Shown here piece by piece: positions 36,278-45,350 of a stretch of DNA of 51,738 bases. How positions within the stretch are numbered: position 1 is the first letter of the stretch; each line of letters opens with the position of its first letter. This stretch comes from a virus (lineage: Duplodnaviria; Caudoviricetes). The position numbers and the translations under genes are program-made. Under the pieces are notes generated by a model. It searched no databases, was not told the origin of the DNA, and worked only from the letters and a program-made list of their open reading frames with translations. The stretch lies in the IMG/VR virus record IMGVR_UViG_3300031628_000003, positions 1-51,738 of that record, one strand, 5' to 3'.

Positions 36278-36442
36278 TTATTTCATCCTTTTCTTAACTG
36301 AATCTGACAAGTCTTTTTTATGAAACAAGTCTTTACTGGTTTTAGTATGCGTGGCACCTGTCATCGCCATACCCTTAGATTTATGAATAGAACCCTTATG
36401 TTCAGTTCCGTTCTTTAAATAATGTTTCATTCCTGCTGCCAT
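36278..36442 (-). CDS. small His/Lys-rich protein
   Basis: start ATG36442 after AAGGAG; MKHYLKNGTEHKG..HK..MTGATHTKTSK.LFH. Confidence 0.7.
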   Translation of the reverse strand: MAAGMKHYLKNGTEHKGSIHKSKGMAMTGATHTKTSKDLFHKKDLSDSVKKRMK

Positions 36443-36452
36443 AACATACTCC

Positions 36453-36593
36453 TTACTTTTTCTTTGCTGTCTTTTTTGCATCTCTAAAGTTCTTAGCTGT
36501 GGGTGCACCTTTAGAACCTACTGGACGCATAGTCTCTTTAGACCCTGCATCAATTCGTTTTTTCTTGGCATGTATGTTTGAATATAAACCCAT
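36453..36593 (-). CDS. small Lys-rich protein (46 aa)
   Basis: MGLYSNIHAKKKRIDAGSKETMRPVGSKGAPTAKNFRDAKKTAKKK; GGAGG SD; not in the ORF track. Confidence 0.75.
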   Translation of the reverse strand: MGLYSNIHAKKKRIDAGSKETMRPVGSKGAPTAKNFRDAKKTAKKK

Positions 36594-36605
36594 AATGTCC
36601 TCCTG

Positions 36606-36836
36606 TTAAATGTTTCTTAAGTCTCTTGCACAAAACGCTGTGGTTATAGCTTTACTGTCAGTCTTACCAACTGCATATCCCATCAAGGGGTTTATTATAA
36701 GTTCATAATTAGAGATCTTTGAAATCTCTAGAAGTTCTGTTCTGCATTGTTTTAGTGTACTGTAACCTTGTAAGACTACAGGTACTTGTGCAATTCCACT
36801 ACTTGAAAGTGCAATAGCTATTACTATTAGATACAT
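36606..36836 (-). CDS. hypothetical protein with signal-peptide-like N-terminus
   Basis: MYLIVIAIALSSSG; two Cys. Confidence 0.5.
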   Translation of the reverse strand: MYLIVIAIALSSSGIAQVPVVLQGYSTLKQCRTELLEISKISNYELIINPLMGYAVGKTDSKAITTAFCARDLRNI

Positions 36837-36845
36837 ATGTAACCC

Positions 36846-37124
36846 CTACCATTTTACCCTATCAGCCCAATATGCTGCAGACATCTTGCCCTTGGCAATA
36901 TTCTTCCCATGTCGTGCTTTAAAGGATTTACGTTTAGCTTTCATAAGCATAGACTCACCAGCTTTTGGTGAACCTGCAGTGCTAGCACCTTGCTCTCCAA
37001 ACCTAATCATTTTAATAGTTGAACCTTCTTTGGCTAAGACTACATGTGATTTAGTTGCATGATTAGGTGTTCTCTTAGGTTTGTTATAACCAGAGAAAGT
37101 TTCACCCCTGTATGTTACAGACAT
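36846..37124 (-). CDS. conserved-type basic phage protein
   Basis: YNKPKRTP.H..KSHVV..IRFG.QG..KSFKARH..SAAYWA..VKW; GGAGG SD. Confidence 0.75.
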   Translation of the reverse strand: MSVTYRGETFSGYNKPKRTPNHATKSHVVLAKEGSTIKMIRFGEQGASTAGSPKAGESMLMKAKRKSFKARHGKNIAKGKMSAAYWADRVKW

Positions 37125-37143
37125 TTATTTACCCTCCGTAAGA

Positions 37144-37170
37144 TAATAAAGGGCTACCTAAGTAGCCCCC
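37144..37170 (-). terminator. intrinsic terminator after tail fibre genes
   Basis: GGGCTAC 37151-57/GTAGCCC 37162-68, followed by TTTATTAT on the minus strand. Confidence 0.7.
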
Positions 37171-37184
37171 TATTGTAGCTAAGC

Positions 37185-37436
37185 TTACTCTGCCTTTGGA
37201 ACAACTAGGTTCAGTTCTTCAAAGGTAGTGGCTGCTAAAACCGCAGCTTGCTTTGCAGCCCCTGCTGTTATAAGAACTCCAATAGCAGTTTGCATTGCAG
37301 TCTTTGCAGCACCTTTTGAATTAAGTTGATCTGAAATACTATATTCTGCGAGTATAGCTAGCTTTGTTTCTGCTTTAACGCCACGTACAATATCACCTTG
37401 TATATGGGCTAAATGTTCTATTGCTGGATATGCCAT
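37185..37436 (-). CDS. tail-fibre-associated protein (possible chaperone)
   Basis: small helical protein ending AATTFEELN, after the fibre genes. Confidence 0.5.
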   Translation of the reverse strand: MAYPAIEHLAHIQGDIVRGVKAETKLAILAEYSISDQLNSKGAAKTAMQTAIGVLITAGAAKQAAVLAATTFEELNLVVPKAE

Positions 37437-37437
37437 G

Positions 37438-38298
37438 TTATCGATCTCCGTGCTTTAAGGCGCATTGTGGGTACACTTTCCAAGGGTTGGAGTCGTTATA
37501 CATCTCCCCAACTAAACGGATGGTTGCCAAAGTGTCTAACATTCGCAAGTCACACACTAAACTTTTATCAGCTGTAAAAAAGTTATCTAGGTTGTAGAAC
37601 ATATTAGAATCTTTAAACCAATAGGTAGTGTGATACCACCAACCAGATGTGTTCATAAGAAGAACTGTCGTATTAGCTGGTATGGATACACTAAAAGTTT
37701 GGTTGTAGTTACTCTCACTTGTGTGACTGTCGTTATTTACTATAGTCCATGTGCCAGATGTTACTTCTGAGTATTTAGCTGATCCCGGTGTGTACATAAG
37801 GGTAGAATGTCCACCATAATTACCACCAGAGCCAGTTCTAGACGCACCTATGGTTCTGGTAATAGAAGAACTAGTTGTGTTACGAACAGGCATACAGCGC
37901 CATGTAGAACCTGAATACTGTCCAGTTTGGTTTTCATACTCAAAGCGATCTCTGTAGTAAAAACCCACACGCTTTTCTTGGCCCCACTCAATCTGTCGGT
38001 GCTCATTACTGGCACTGTCATTACTGTACTTAAAGCTAGTGTTATTATCTGGGTAGCCGTCACCCATAAACATATTCCAGCCCTGAGTTCTCGAGTTTGC
38101 ATCCTGCCAATTATTGTAATAAGTTGTCCAAGGCCCGTTGTCGGACCACTGACCTGTGCTGTACACGTTTTCTCGAGATGATGAAGTCACCACACTTCCT
38201 ACAAGGTTATGTGCATCCTCGGGAATTATCTTATCTACTGATGCGGCTCCTGTTGCTGATGCGGCCCCAAAAGCACTTGTTGTTGTTTTAAACGACAT
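37438..38298 (-). CDS. tail/receptor-binding-associated protein
   Basis: Ser/Thr/Asn/aromatic-rich beta protein in the tail cluster. Confidence 0.55.
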   Translation of the reverse strand: MSFKTTTSAFGAASATGAASVDKIIPEDAHNLVGSVVTSSSRENVYSTGQWSDNGPWTTYYNNWQDANSRTQGWNMFMGDGYPDNNTSFKYSNDSASNEHRQIEWGQEKRVGFYYRDRFEYENQTGQYSGSTWRCMPVRNTTSSSITRTIGASRTGSGGNYGGHSTLMYTPGSAKYSEVTSGTWTIVNNDSHTSESNYNQTFSVSIPANTTVLLMNTSGWWYHTTYWFKDSNMFYNLDNFFTADKSLVCDLRMLDTLATIRLVGEMYNDSNPWKVYPQCALKHGDR

Positions 38299-38299
38299 A

Positions 38300-39532
38300 T
38301 TAAGAATCCTCTGTAATTTCTACGCCTGAGATACGAACATCATAAGACCTAGTTTCAGCTAAGATTGGCAGAGTAGCGAAGGCAAATCGATTACTATAAT
38401 CGTAGTGAATTGAGAATCCGTGGCTACCCGTATTAGAGTAGTGTGCTTGTCCTGCACCTACGTTAACATTGATAAGACTAATTCTATCGCTATTTTCTCC
38501 AAAAACTAAGACGATACCCGGTGCTATCTCTCCAGCGCCTTGAGCATATTCAGTTGATGATGAAGAGCCGTTGCTAACACGAATTGGTGCATTACTAATA
38601 GATGCTGCACTGAGATCCCACTTAGTCCAATAGTCTGTTCCTTGCTCTACTAAGTAAGTAGTACCTGCGGTATTAGTGGTAATTGCAGCCCCATCAGAGT
38701 AACTGCCTACACTGAACGCACCGTGGCTGTAATAGTTAACAGCCCTTGTGCTTAAATTTAAACGATAAACCTCGCTTGAAGTTGCATATTCCTTGCCAAG
38801 AAGGTATTCATTGTCACCTTCCTTATAGTAAAGACCATAGGCACCTTGGTTGCCTTGAGGACCATACATGTTACCTGAGGTAGTCGCAATTGTGTCTACA
38901 ACCTTGGTCACATAATTATACCTGTCTATAGCGGAACTACTACCAGCACGAATAGCGTAGATATATTTAACTCCGTCTGTACAGATGTTGTAACCATTGC
39001 CTCCAAAGCTAACGGCTGAGTTAGCTTCTGTACCATCTTCTTTGTACGAATATAACTGACCGCTATACTGTCGCCAAAATGTTATGGCACCTGTTGTTGC
39101 ATCTCGGGTAGCGCATGCATCATCAGTTGCCTTAGCGCCAGTTGAATAATTCGTCACAGTCATAGCAGCGGCTTGTGACCCAGCTGCGTGAGTGCTTAAA
39201 TAGTCACCATCTACCTTGTTGATACCATCTGACCCATTAGCAAAAAACATACCGTTAAGTGATTGAATGCCCATATCTGGGAATTTCAAAGATAATGCAT
39301 TGTTGACGTCCATGATCAAATTACCAGATCCTTCCATAACACCTGCAGATGTGGAGGTCATAATAGTAGACCCACCCATTTCTAATGTGGCGCCTACACC
39401 TAATCCTGTCGCGGATATTTGTTTAACGACAGATCGGGTGGTTGCTGCGTTTGTGAACATATTGTCAGAATGAGAAACCCCTGCAACTGCTTGCGATTGT
39501 ACGTTTTTAAATACTTTTACTTGTTCAGCCAT
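38300..39532 (-). CDS. tail/receptor-binding protein, probable beta-propeller
   Basis: repeating YIYAI..IDRYN and VYRLNL blade-like segments; C-terminal ISGVEI recalls the 107-aa protein at 41212-41535. Confidence 0.55.
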   Translation of the reverse strand: MAEQVKVFKNVQSQAVAGVSHSDNMFTNAATTRSVVKQISATGLGVGATLEMGGSTIMTSTSAGVMEGSGNLIMDVNNALSLKFPDMGIQSLNGMFFANGSDGINKVDGDYLSTHAAGSQAAAMTVTNYSTGAKATDDACATRDATTGAITFWRQYSGQLYSYKEDGTEANSAVSFGGNGYNICTDGVKYIYAIRAGSSSAIDRYNYVTKVVDTIATTSGNMYGPQGNQGAYGLYYKEGDNEYLLGKEYATSSEVYRLNLSTRAVNYYSHGAFSVGSYSDGAAITTNTAGTTYLVEQGTDYWTKWDLSAASISNAPIRVSNGSSSSTEYAQGAGEIAPGIVLVFGENSDRISLINVNVGAGQAHYSNTGSHGFSIHYDYSNRFAFATLPILAETRSYDVRISGVEITEDS

Positions 39533-39542
39533 GATTGAGTCC

Positions 39543-40976
39543 TTATGAATTAATTAAATATTTTGCAATGGTAGCGCCAGCGGCATTCTTCCATACAGGG
39601 TTTGCGTTGGTACCTTTTGTGGTTAATACCTGCCCATTGAGTCCAGCATTAAGAGCAACAGGGCCAGAAGCACCTCGGTACAGTAGATCTCCGTGTGAAG
39701 TTATCGTTAATCCAACATCCGTTCCAGCATTGGCAAATGTTGCCCAATATGAAGAATCTCCAGCAAATGAACCTGATGTGTGATCTGCGGTTGCTACATA
39801 TACAGAACCACCAGAGTTAACAAGGTCATTTACTTTGTATGCGGTACTGGTTGTCCAGTTTCCTTTCCAATCAAGACCACCAGAGAATTGCTCCCATTTA
39901 CTTGCTGCAAGGTCTGTTGCATGAACAGTAGATGCATGAGTAAGTAAAGCTTTAAATGTTTTACCGCCATAAGAAACAATATCATTTGCAAGGTAAGCAG
40001 TAGATGTTGCCCATTGACCGCGTCCTCTTAGACCTGAAGCAAGCACTTCCCAAGAAGCTGCAACAGAATCTGGTAAATCACCTGTAGTTATGATGCGAGC
40101 TATGTAGGTACTTCCTCCATAGACAACAACATCATCTGGTTGATAAGTAGTTCCAACGACCCATTGACCCTCAAACTGAATACCAGACGAAAGTACGTCC
40201 CACTGAGCAGTGTTAACTGAGGGTGCGCTTCCAGCTGTGGGGTTGTCTGCAACTGCAATATATGCATTACCGCCAAAGGTAGCAACATCATGGATCTTGT
40301 AGTTAGATTTAGAAGTATCCCAAGCAGCAGTGTATTTAATTCCACTTGTAAGAACGTCCCATTTACTTGCATCGGTAGGTAGATTACCCACTGTGTCTAA
40401 CTTAGCAATGTAAACACCAGCGCCATAAGTGACTACGTCATCTTTCTGGTAGCTAGTTCCGTTGTTATAAATACCTTCCCATTGAATACCGTGAGAAAAT
40501 GTAGACCAGTATGTCCCATCGGTAGGTAAGTTTCCACCGGGAGAGTTGACAATACAAATATAAGTGTTAGCACCGTAGTAAACAATATCGTCTTTTTGGT
40601 AAACAGTTGCGTTGTTGTACTCACCTTCAAACTTAATACCAGTAGCAAGTAGCTGCCAGTATGTAGCATTTGGTGGAGCATTACCTGCAGATGGTTCACT
40701 TAAAATATTAACGTATGCGTTGTTTGCGTGATGAACAACCTCATGCCGCTTATACGCAGTAGCTGCAACATACTCGCCTTTCCAAGAAAGACCTTCCTGT
40801 ACTAAAGCCCAATATGTTGATTCTGTAACAGCTTGACCGCTAGTCTTTAGTGCATAGATATACACATAGACATCTCCACCATGCCGCACTAAATCATTGG
40901 ATTCGTACTGGACATTAGATGCCCATTCCCCTACCCAGTTAAACCGTAGCTTACCTAAATCAATAGTTGTACTCAT
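39543..40976 (-). CDS. tail fibre with eight tandem CBM5/12-like repeats
   Basis: start ATG40976 after GAGG; eight ~50-aa units W/F-x-G-x-W/Y...Y..DVV.YGG..Y...W; C-terminal GDLLYRG..GQVL. Confidence 0.75.
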   Translation of the reverse strand: MSTTIDLGKLRFNWVGEWASNVQYESNDLVRHGGDVYVYIYALKTSGQAVTESTYWALVQEGLSWKGEYVAATAYKRHEVVHHANNAYVNILSEPSAGNAPPNATYWQLLATGIKFEGEYNNATVYQKDDIVYYGANTYICIVNSPGGNLPTDGTYWSTFSHGIQWEGIYNNGTSYQKDDVVTYGAGVYIAKLDTVGNLPTDASKWDVLTSGIKYTAAWDTSKSNYKIHDVATFGGNAYIAVADNPTAGSAPSVNTAQWDVLSSGIQFEGQWVVGTTYQPDDVVVYGGSTYIARIITTGDLPDSVAASWEVLASGLRGRGQWATSTAYLANDIVSYGGKTFKALLTHASTVHATDLAASKWEQFSGGLDWKGNWTTSTAYKVNDLVNSGGSVYVATADHTSGSFAGDSSYWATFANAGTDVGLTITSHGDLLYRGASGPVALNAGLNGQVLTTKGTNANPVWKNAAGATIAKYLINS

Positions 40977-41212
40977 TTGTATACCACCTCTATATGACCA
41001 TTGGAACCCCATTGGTACGTTAGTTTGTTTTGTGACCAGAAGTGGTCCTTATAATCATCGTCGTCTATAATGTTACTGTCAGGTAGTTTAACTGCACCTT
41101 CATCAATTACATGTACAGTCAAATTTCCTGTAGACTTTTCAAGCTTAAAACCATAAAAAGTTTGATGGCTGTAACTAGGCTGATCGTTAGGTTGAGTTCC
41201 AAGATAAGACAT
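40973..41212 (-). CDS. small tail-associated protein
   Basis: MSYLGTQP N-terminus; coupled start and stop. Confidence 0.55.
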   Translation of the reverse strand: MSYLGTQPNDQPSYSHQTFYGFKLEKSTGNLTVHVIDEGAVKLPDSNIIDDDDYKDHFWSQNKLTYQWGSNGHIEVVYK

Positions 41213-41535
41213 TAGCTAACCTCCAGTACGCTTAGAAAAGCAGTCATTAAGTTGTTATCAGAAGCTGAGACTTTTATACTGTCTCCAGTTTCTAAATTAA
41301 TTGGTTTGTCAAAAGTCAGAGTACTACCCGGTCTTACAGGTGCTCGGTGAAGAACTACATAGTCTTGACTTGCAGACACATCATGTACAGTTAGGGATAC
41401 AAAACCTTCAAACCCATCTGTTATGTTTGTTAGGAAAACGGAATGTATCACGGACTCCTTAGAAGCTGGCGTGGTGTACATTGTCTGCATAGCATCTGTA
41501 AGGTTCAGACCTTTATTTTTAAATGCGTTTGCCAT
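41212..41535 (-). CDS. small tail structural protein
   Basis: MANAFKN..YTTPA..KPINLETGDSIKV..SVLEVS. Confidence 0.6.
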   Translation of the reverse strand: MANAFKNKGLNLTDAMQTMYTTPASKESVIHSVFLTNITDGFEGFVSLTVHDVSASQDYVVLHRAPVRPGSTLTFDKPINLETGDSIKVSASDNNLMTAFLSVLEVS

Positions 41536-41587
41536 TTAGACCTCTCTTTATTTTATTCATATTAAACCTCTATGTTCTTAAACGCAT

Positions 41588-42745
41588 TTATCCACCTAAC
41601 GCAATTGACATTGCAATGGCAGAATCGTCTTGAGAAGGTAAGTTAGTCAAGTTTGAACCATCACCGTTAGGTGCTAATACATCTGTACCAACCTGAAGAC
41701 CTAAATTAATACGGCCCTGTACAGCAGTAGATGCTCCAGTTCCCCCATTTAAAACAGCTAAGTCTGTACCAGACCACGAAGAATTATTAATGCTAGAAAT
41801 AGCTGCTGCTACAACTTGCCAATTACTTCCGTTGTAAACCTTCATAGCACTGGCTGACGAATCAAAATACAAGTCACCTGTAGCTATGTTTGTTGTTGGT
41901 TCAGTGCTTAAGGATCCATAAAATATTCCTTGGAATGTACTTAAGGATGCTGCTGCAGAAGTTGCACTATTAGATGCATTAGTTTCCGATACTCCACTGC
42001 TAGATGCTGAGTTTGCAGCGTTAGTAGCTGAAGTAGAGGCAGCAGATACTGAAGACCCTATTGAGCTTAAGCTGTTGGCCGCTGCAGTAGCACTGTTAGC
42101 TGCATTAGTCTCAGAAGCTCCAATACCAGATAGACTTGTTGCTGCACTTGTTGCGCTTGTAGCTGCGTTTGATGCACTGGTTGATGCATTTGTAGCTTGA
42201 GTAGACGCTATAACAGCTTGCGCCACTGCGGCTAATCTTGCAGTTTCTGCTGCAGAAGCACTAGCAGTAACCCCTGAGGCAGATGTGGCTGCATTAGCTG
42301 CACTAGTGGCAGCATTAGTTTTAGATGCAGACGCTTCACTTGCTTTAGTGGTAGCTAGGGTTGCACTGGATGCTGCAGAAGTAGCACTACCAGATGCTGC
42401 GGTAGCACTGTTAGCTGCATTAGTTTCTGATGATCCAATGCCAGCCAGACTACTTGCCGCCCCTGTGGCACTGTTAGCTGCTGCTGTAGCACTGTTAGAT
42501 GCATTAGTTTCTGACGCACCTATAGAAGCTAAGCTGGTTGCTGCTGTACTAGCTGAAGTTTGTGCTGATGATTGTGCAAGCAAAGCTGCGGCTTTTGACG
42601 CCTCTGCTGCTATTTCAGAAAGCTTAGCTAGGTTGGCTGAAGTAAGAGCATTTGCTAGCTCAGTTAACCCTTCTGCTTTAAACGCTCCACCTTCGGAGGT
42701 TTTTGAAACTAAGGGATCTGGTCCTGAAGTATATGTAATTGCCAT
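41588..42745 (-). CDS. tail fibre stalk, Ala/Ser-rich coiled coil
   Basis: repeats of SETNAANSATAAA; GDLYFD; DLAVLNGGTGAST; ends AIAMSIALGG. Confidence 0.75.
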   Translation of the reverse strand: MAITYTSGPDPLVSKTSEGGAFKAEGLTELANALTSANLAKLSEIAAEASKAAALLAQSSAQTSASTAATSLASIGASETNASNSATAAANSATGAASSLAGIGSSETNAANSATAASGSATSAASSATLATTKASEASASKTNAATSAANAATSASGVTASASAAETARLAAVAQAVIASTQATNASTSASNAATSATSAATSLSGIGASETNAANSATAAANSLSSIGSSVSAASTSATNAANSASSSGVSETNASNSATSAAASLSTFQGIFYGSLSTEPTTNIATGDLYFDSSASAMKVYNGSNWQVVAAAISSINNSSWSGTDLAVLNGGTGASTAVQGRINLGLQVGTDVLAPNGDGSNLTNLPSQDDSAIAMSIALGG

Positions 42746-42756
42746 CCTTTAACTCC

Positions 42757-43845
42757 TTATAATAACTCGGACACTTCATAAGTGACCCTATTGGAAGCTC
42801 CAGATGTTCTGCGCCTCTGCTCGGCTCTATTTAATTCAATCACACCTTGTGCTTGTTTTTGAAAGTATTTCATTGATTGTGCTTCATCACCAAGGTACTC
42901 AAATGCATGATGCAGTGCACCCCAAAGAAGTACACGCTCGTTCTCATCTCGTAACCAGTTGTAGACTTCATTTCCTGTGTAGTAAGCAGGTACGGGAGTG
43001 TTAGCTGTTCCACCCATTCCACTGTGGTTTGTGCAGTAGTAATATAAAACAGGTGCGCTGGCAGCTACAACTATCTGAGTATATGCCCCAACACTTCCGG
43101 GAGTCCCAACAACTGTAACACCTGTGGTGTACTCACTTCCACTAGCATGTGTACCATTAGATGTAGTTGAGAATCGTAAGGGGTGGTTGCTGTTACTGGA
43201 TGCTGACTGATTAAATATGTAAGTGTTACCTTCTATAAGGTTAAGAGTAGCTTGTGAAGATCCGTCAATATAGTATTTATTACCTGACCCCACGTTATCC
43301 ACTGTTACTACATAAGTAGTTGAGCCAGAAGCAGGGAACTGAACAGCTCCTGAATCTGCAGCAGCAGCTATTGCTGTGTTACCTGCAGTAATGTTACTTT
43401 GGTTTACAATGTAAGTTGCATCCATATCAAACAACCTGCGATAGTAGTGCAGCTCATAAACGTCACCTACCGCTGATGCAGGGAAGAACTCTATGTTTGA
43501 TCCCTTTCTGGTAAAAGACATTCGTCCTTTAGCTGTGTTCTTATCTGAGAAAGACCTGATGTCAAGCTTGTTGTCAAAAACATAAGAGTTACCTTGACTG
43601 TCTTTAACCCTGAACATTATTATCTCACTCAAATTTGGAGGTATCTGCAGTACTGTTTCACCTGCAGTTTCAGCAGCGTCATATTGATATGTAAACTCCA
43701 AAGGAGGTATGCGAAGTTCTCTGTAGCAAAGGTCTGCAGAGTAATCTATAAAATCAGAGACTAAGGTGTCACTGAGTATTGTACTATCTCTGTTAGCCCA
43801 ATCTCGCACTTTAGCTACTAATGCAGTGTACTTTGGAGTTGACAT
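42757..43845 (-). CDS. head-tail adaptor (tail tubular A-like) with inserted cupredoxin-like domain
   Basis: Y..L...VRDW.NR..FI..RELR N-terminus and NWL..LLWGAL..A..YL C-terminus flank an insert with HP...YYYCTNHSGMGG. Confidence 0.7.
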   Translation of the reverse strand: MSTPKYTALVAKVRDWANRDSTILSDTLVSDFIDYSADLCYRELRIPPLEFTYQYDAAETAGETVLQIPPNLSEIIMFRVKDSQGNSYVFDNKLDIRSFSDKNTAKGRMSFTRKGSNIEFFPASAVGDVYELHYYRRLFDMDATYIVNQSNITAGNTAIAAAADSGAVQFPASGSTTYVVTVDNVGSGNKYYIDGSSQATLNLIEGNTYIFNQSASSNSNHPLRFSTTSNGTHASGSEYTTGVTVVGTPGSVGAYTQIVVAASAPVLYYYCTNHSGMGGTANTPVPAYYTGNEVYNWLRDENERVLLWGALHHAFEYLGDEAQSMKYFQKQAQGVIELNRAEQRRRTSGASNRVTYEVSELL

Positions 43846-43860
43846 ATACGGTATCCTCTT

Positions 43861-44193
43861 TTATGTTTTTCTACGAGAGTGACCGTGCGTAAGTAGGTCT
43901 GGATACTCGGAGATTATAATGCTTTTAAGTTTATTAACTAATTTCTTGTCACCCATAAAGTCAGTAGCATGTATATCTATCTGGTACTTCGTAAGGATAT
44001 CGATAGCAACAATATCTGGTATTATTGCAAAGGAGCGGTACCTGTTACCAGCTTCACTTTTACTATCGTAAAGGTCTCTCGACTCTTTAGCGTACTCTCG
44101 GTATGCACTAATGTCTTGATCAAGGGAAAACTTACTTTGATCTGTTTTAACATTAAAGCTATGTTTGTTGTTGTCTTGGGACTTAAAATCCAT
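43861..44193 (-). CDS. hypothetical protein after the capsid gene
   Basis: QDIS..RSFAIIPDIV; AGGAGG SD. Confidence 0.65.
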   Translation of the reverse strand: MDFKSQDNNKHSFNVKTDQSKFSLDQDISAYREYAKESRDLYDSKSEAGNRYRSFAIIPDIVAIDILTKYQIDIHATDFMGDKKLVNKLKSIIISEYPDLLTHGHSRRKT

Positions 44194-44208
44194 GACAGTG
44201 TCCTCCTT

Positions 44209-44240
44209 AAAAAATAAGGGGTCCCTATTAAGGACCCCCT
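44209..44240 (-). terminator. intrinsic terminator after the major capsid gene
   Basis: GGGGTCC 44218-24/GGACCCC 44232-38, then TTATTTTTT on the minus strand. Confidence 0.8.
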
Positions 44241-44256
44241 TTATGTAGCTTAGTGG

Positions 44257-45312
44257 TTAACCAGCTAAACCAACAATCAAGCCACAACCCTTAGGGTTAC
44301 GAACTTCTAAAGTACATTCTTCAACAATCTGACCAATAGTAGAGTCACCTGCTTGACCTACTTCTGTCTCATGCAAAGGACGCAAAGTAGCAATGTTGTA
44401 CCACTGTGGATCATATACAAGACATGAGAAGTCCTTAGAGTTTGAAGCAGCACCAGTACCATCAGTGTTGTGATCTAAACCCATGATGTAGTTTGGTACA
44501 ATACGGATAGCACCGAAGTCGGAGTCATACATCTCAACAGACTGACGAAGCTTACCGCTGTCATCAATGTTACGTTGTACGTTGCTATCAGCAGCTTGTG
44601 CTTTAGCAGAGAACTTACGCTTGTTAGATGGAGAGCACATCATTGTAGTGGCCTTACCACCTTCTTGATAAATGCTTTGCATGATATCATCAACATCACT
44701 TAGCTCAAGAGCAGCCAAGTTAGCATCAGAACCACCACGTACGATAGTACCTACAGTACCTGCACCAGTAGCACTAGGTGCAACGTAACCAGCAGCAGCG
44801 CCAGCTACAACTACGTTTACGTTAGTGAACGACTGATAGCCACCCATAGTACGAGTACCAGATCCATTAGATGGGTTCCAGCTGTGTACTAGGTCATGCT
44901 CAACGTCACGACGAAGCTCAGTACCACGCTTCTTCAACTGGTAAGCATACTCGTCTGCAACGCCAGCTTGGTCAACTGCGCGCTTAGAACCAGATACTTC
45001 AACAGTCTTAGAGTTGATCTGAGTGTAGTTACCTAAACGAGTGCGTAGAGGTTCTGCAACCTGAGCACCGTCTACAGTAGCAAAGCTTGAACCTTCAGCT
45101 ACCGCATTCGCTCCGGGAGAAGCTAATTCATCTGTTTGCCATTCGTGAAGAATGCCTTTAGATTTTGTTTTGCCAATTGAAGAGTAGAATGGGCTTTCAT
45201 CACGTGTGATCAAACTAATGAAATTAGCTAAATCTTCGCGCTCAGATACATTCATTCCATTAGCACCAGCAGCAGCCTTAGGGCCACCTGTTGTAAAATT
45301 ACGTCCAGCCAT
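44257..45312 (-). CDS. major capsid protein (DUF5309/SU10-like HK97 fold)
   Basis: REDL..I..I...SPF, HEWQTDEL, NYTQI..K.V.VSGS, EYAYQ..K..ELRRDVE, Y.SDFG, E.TLEVRNP. Confidence 0.9.
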   Translation of the reverse strand: MAGRNFTTGGPKAAAGANGMNVSEREDLANFISLITRDESPFYSSIGKTKSKGILHEWQTDELASPGANAVAEGSSFATVDGAQVAEPLRTRLGNYTQINSKTVEVSGSKRAVDQAGVADEYAYQLKKRGTELRRDVEHDLVHSWNPSNGSGTRTMGGYQSFTNVNVVVAGAAAGYVAPSATGAGTVGTIVRGGSDANLAALELSDVDDIMQSIYQEGGKATTMMCSPSNKRKFSAKAQAADSNVQRNIDDSGKLRQSVEMYDSDFGAIRIVPNYIMGLDHNTDGTGAASNSKDFSCLVYDPQWYNIATLRPLHETEVGQAGDSTIGQIVEECTLEVRNPKGCGLIVGLAG

Positions 45313-45350
45313 GTTAAATATTCCTTATAGATAAAATAAAAAGTTAAGGA

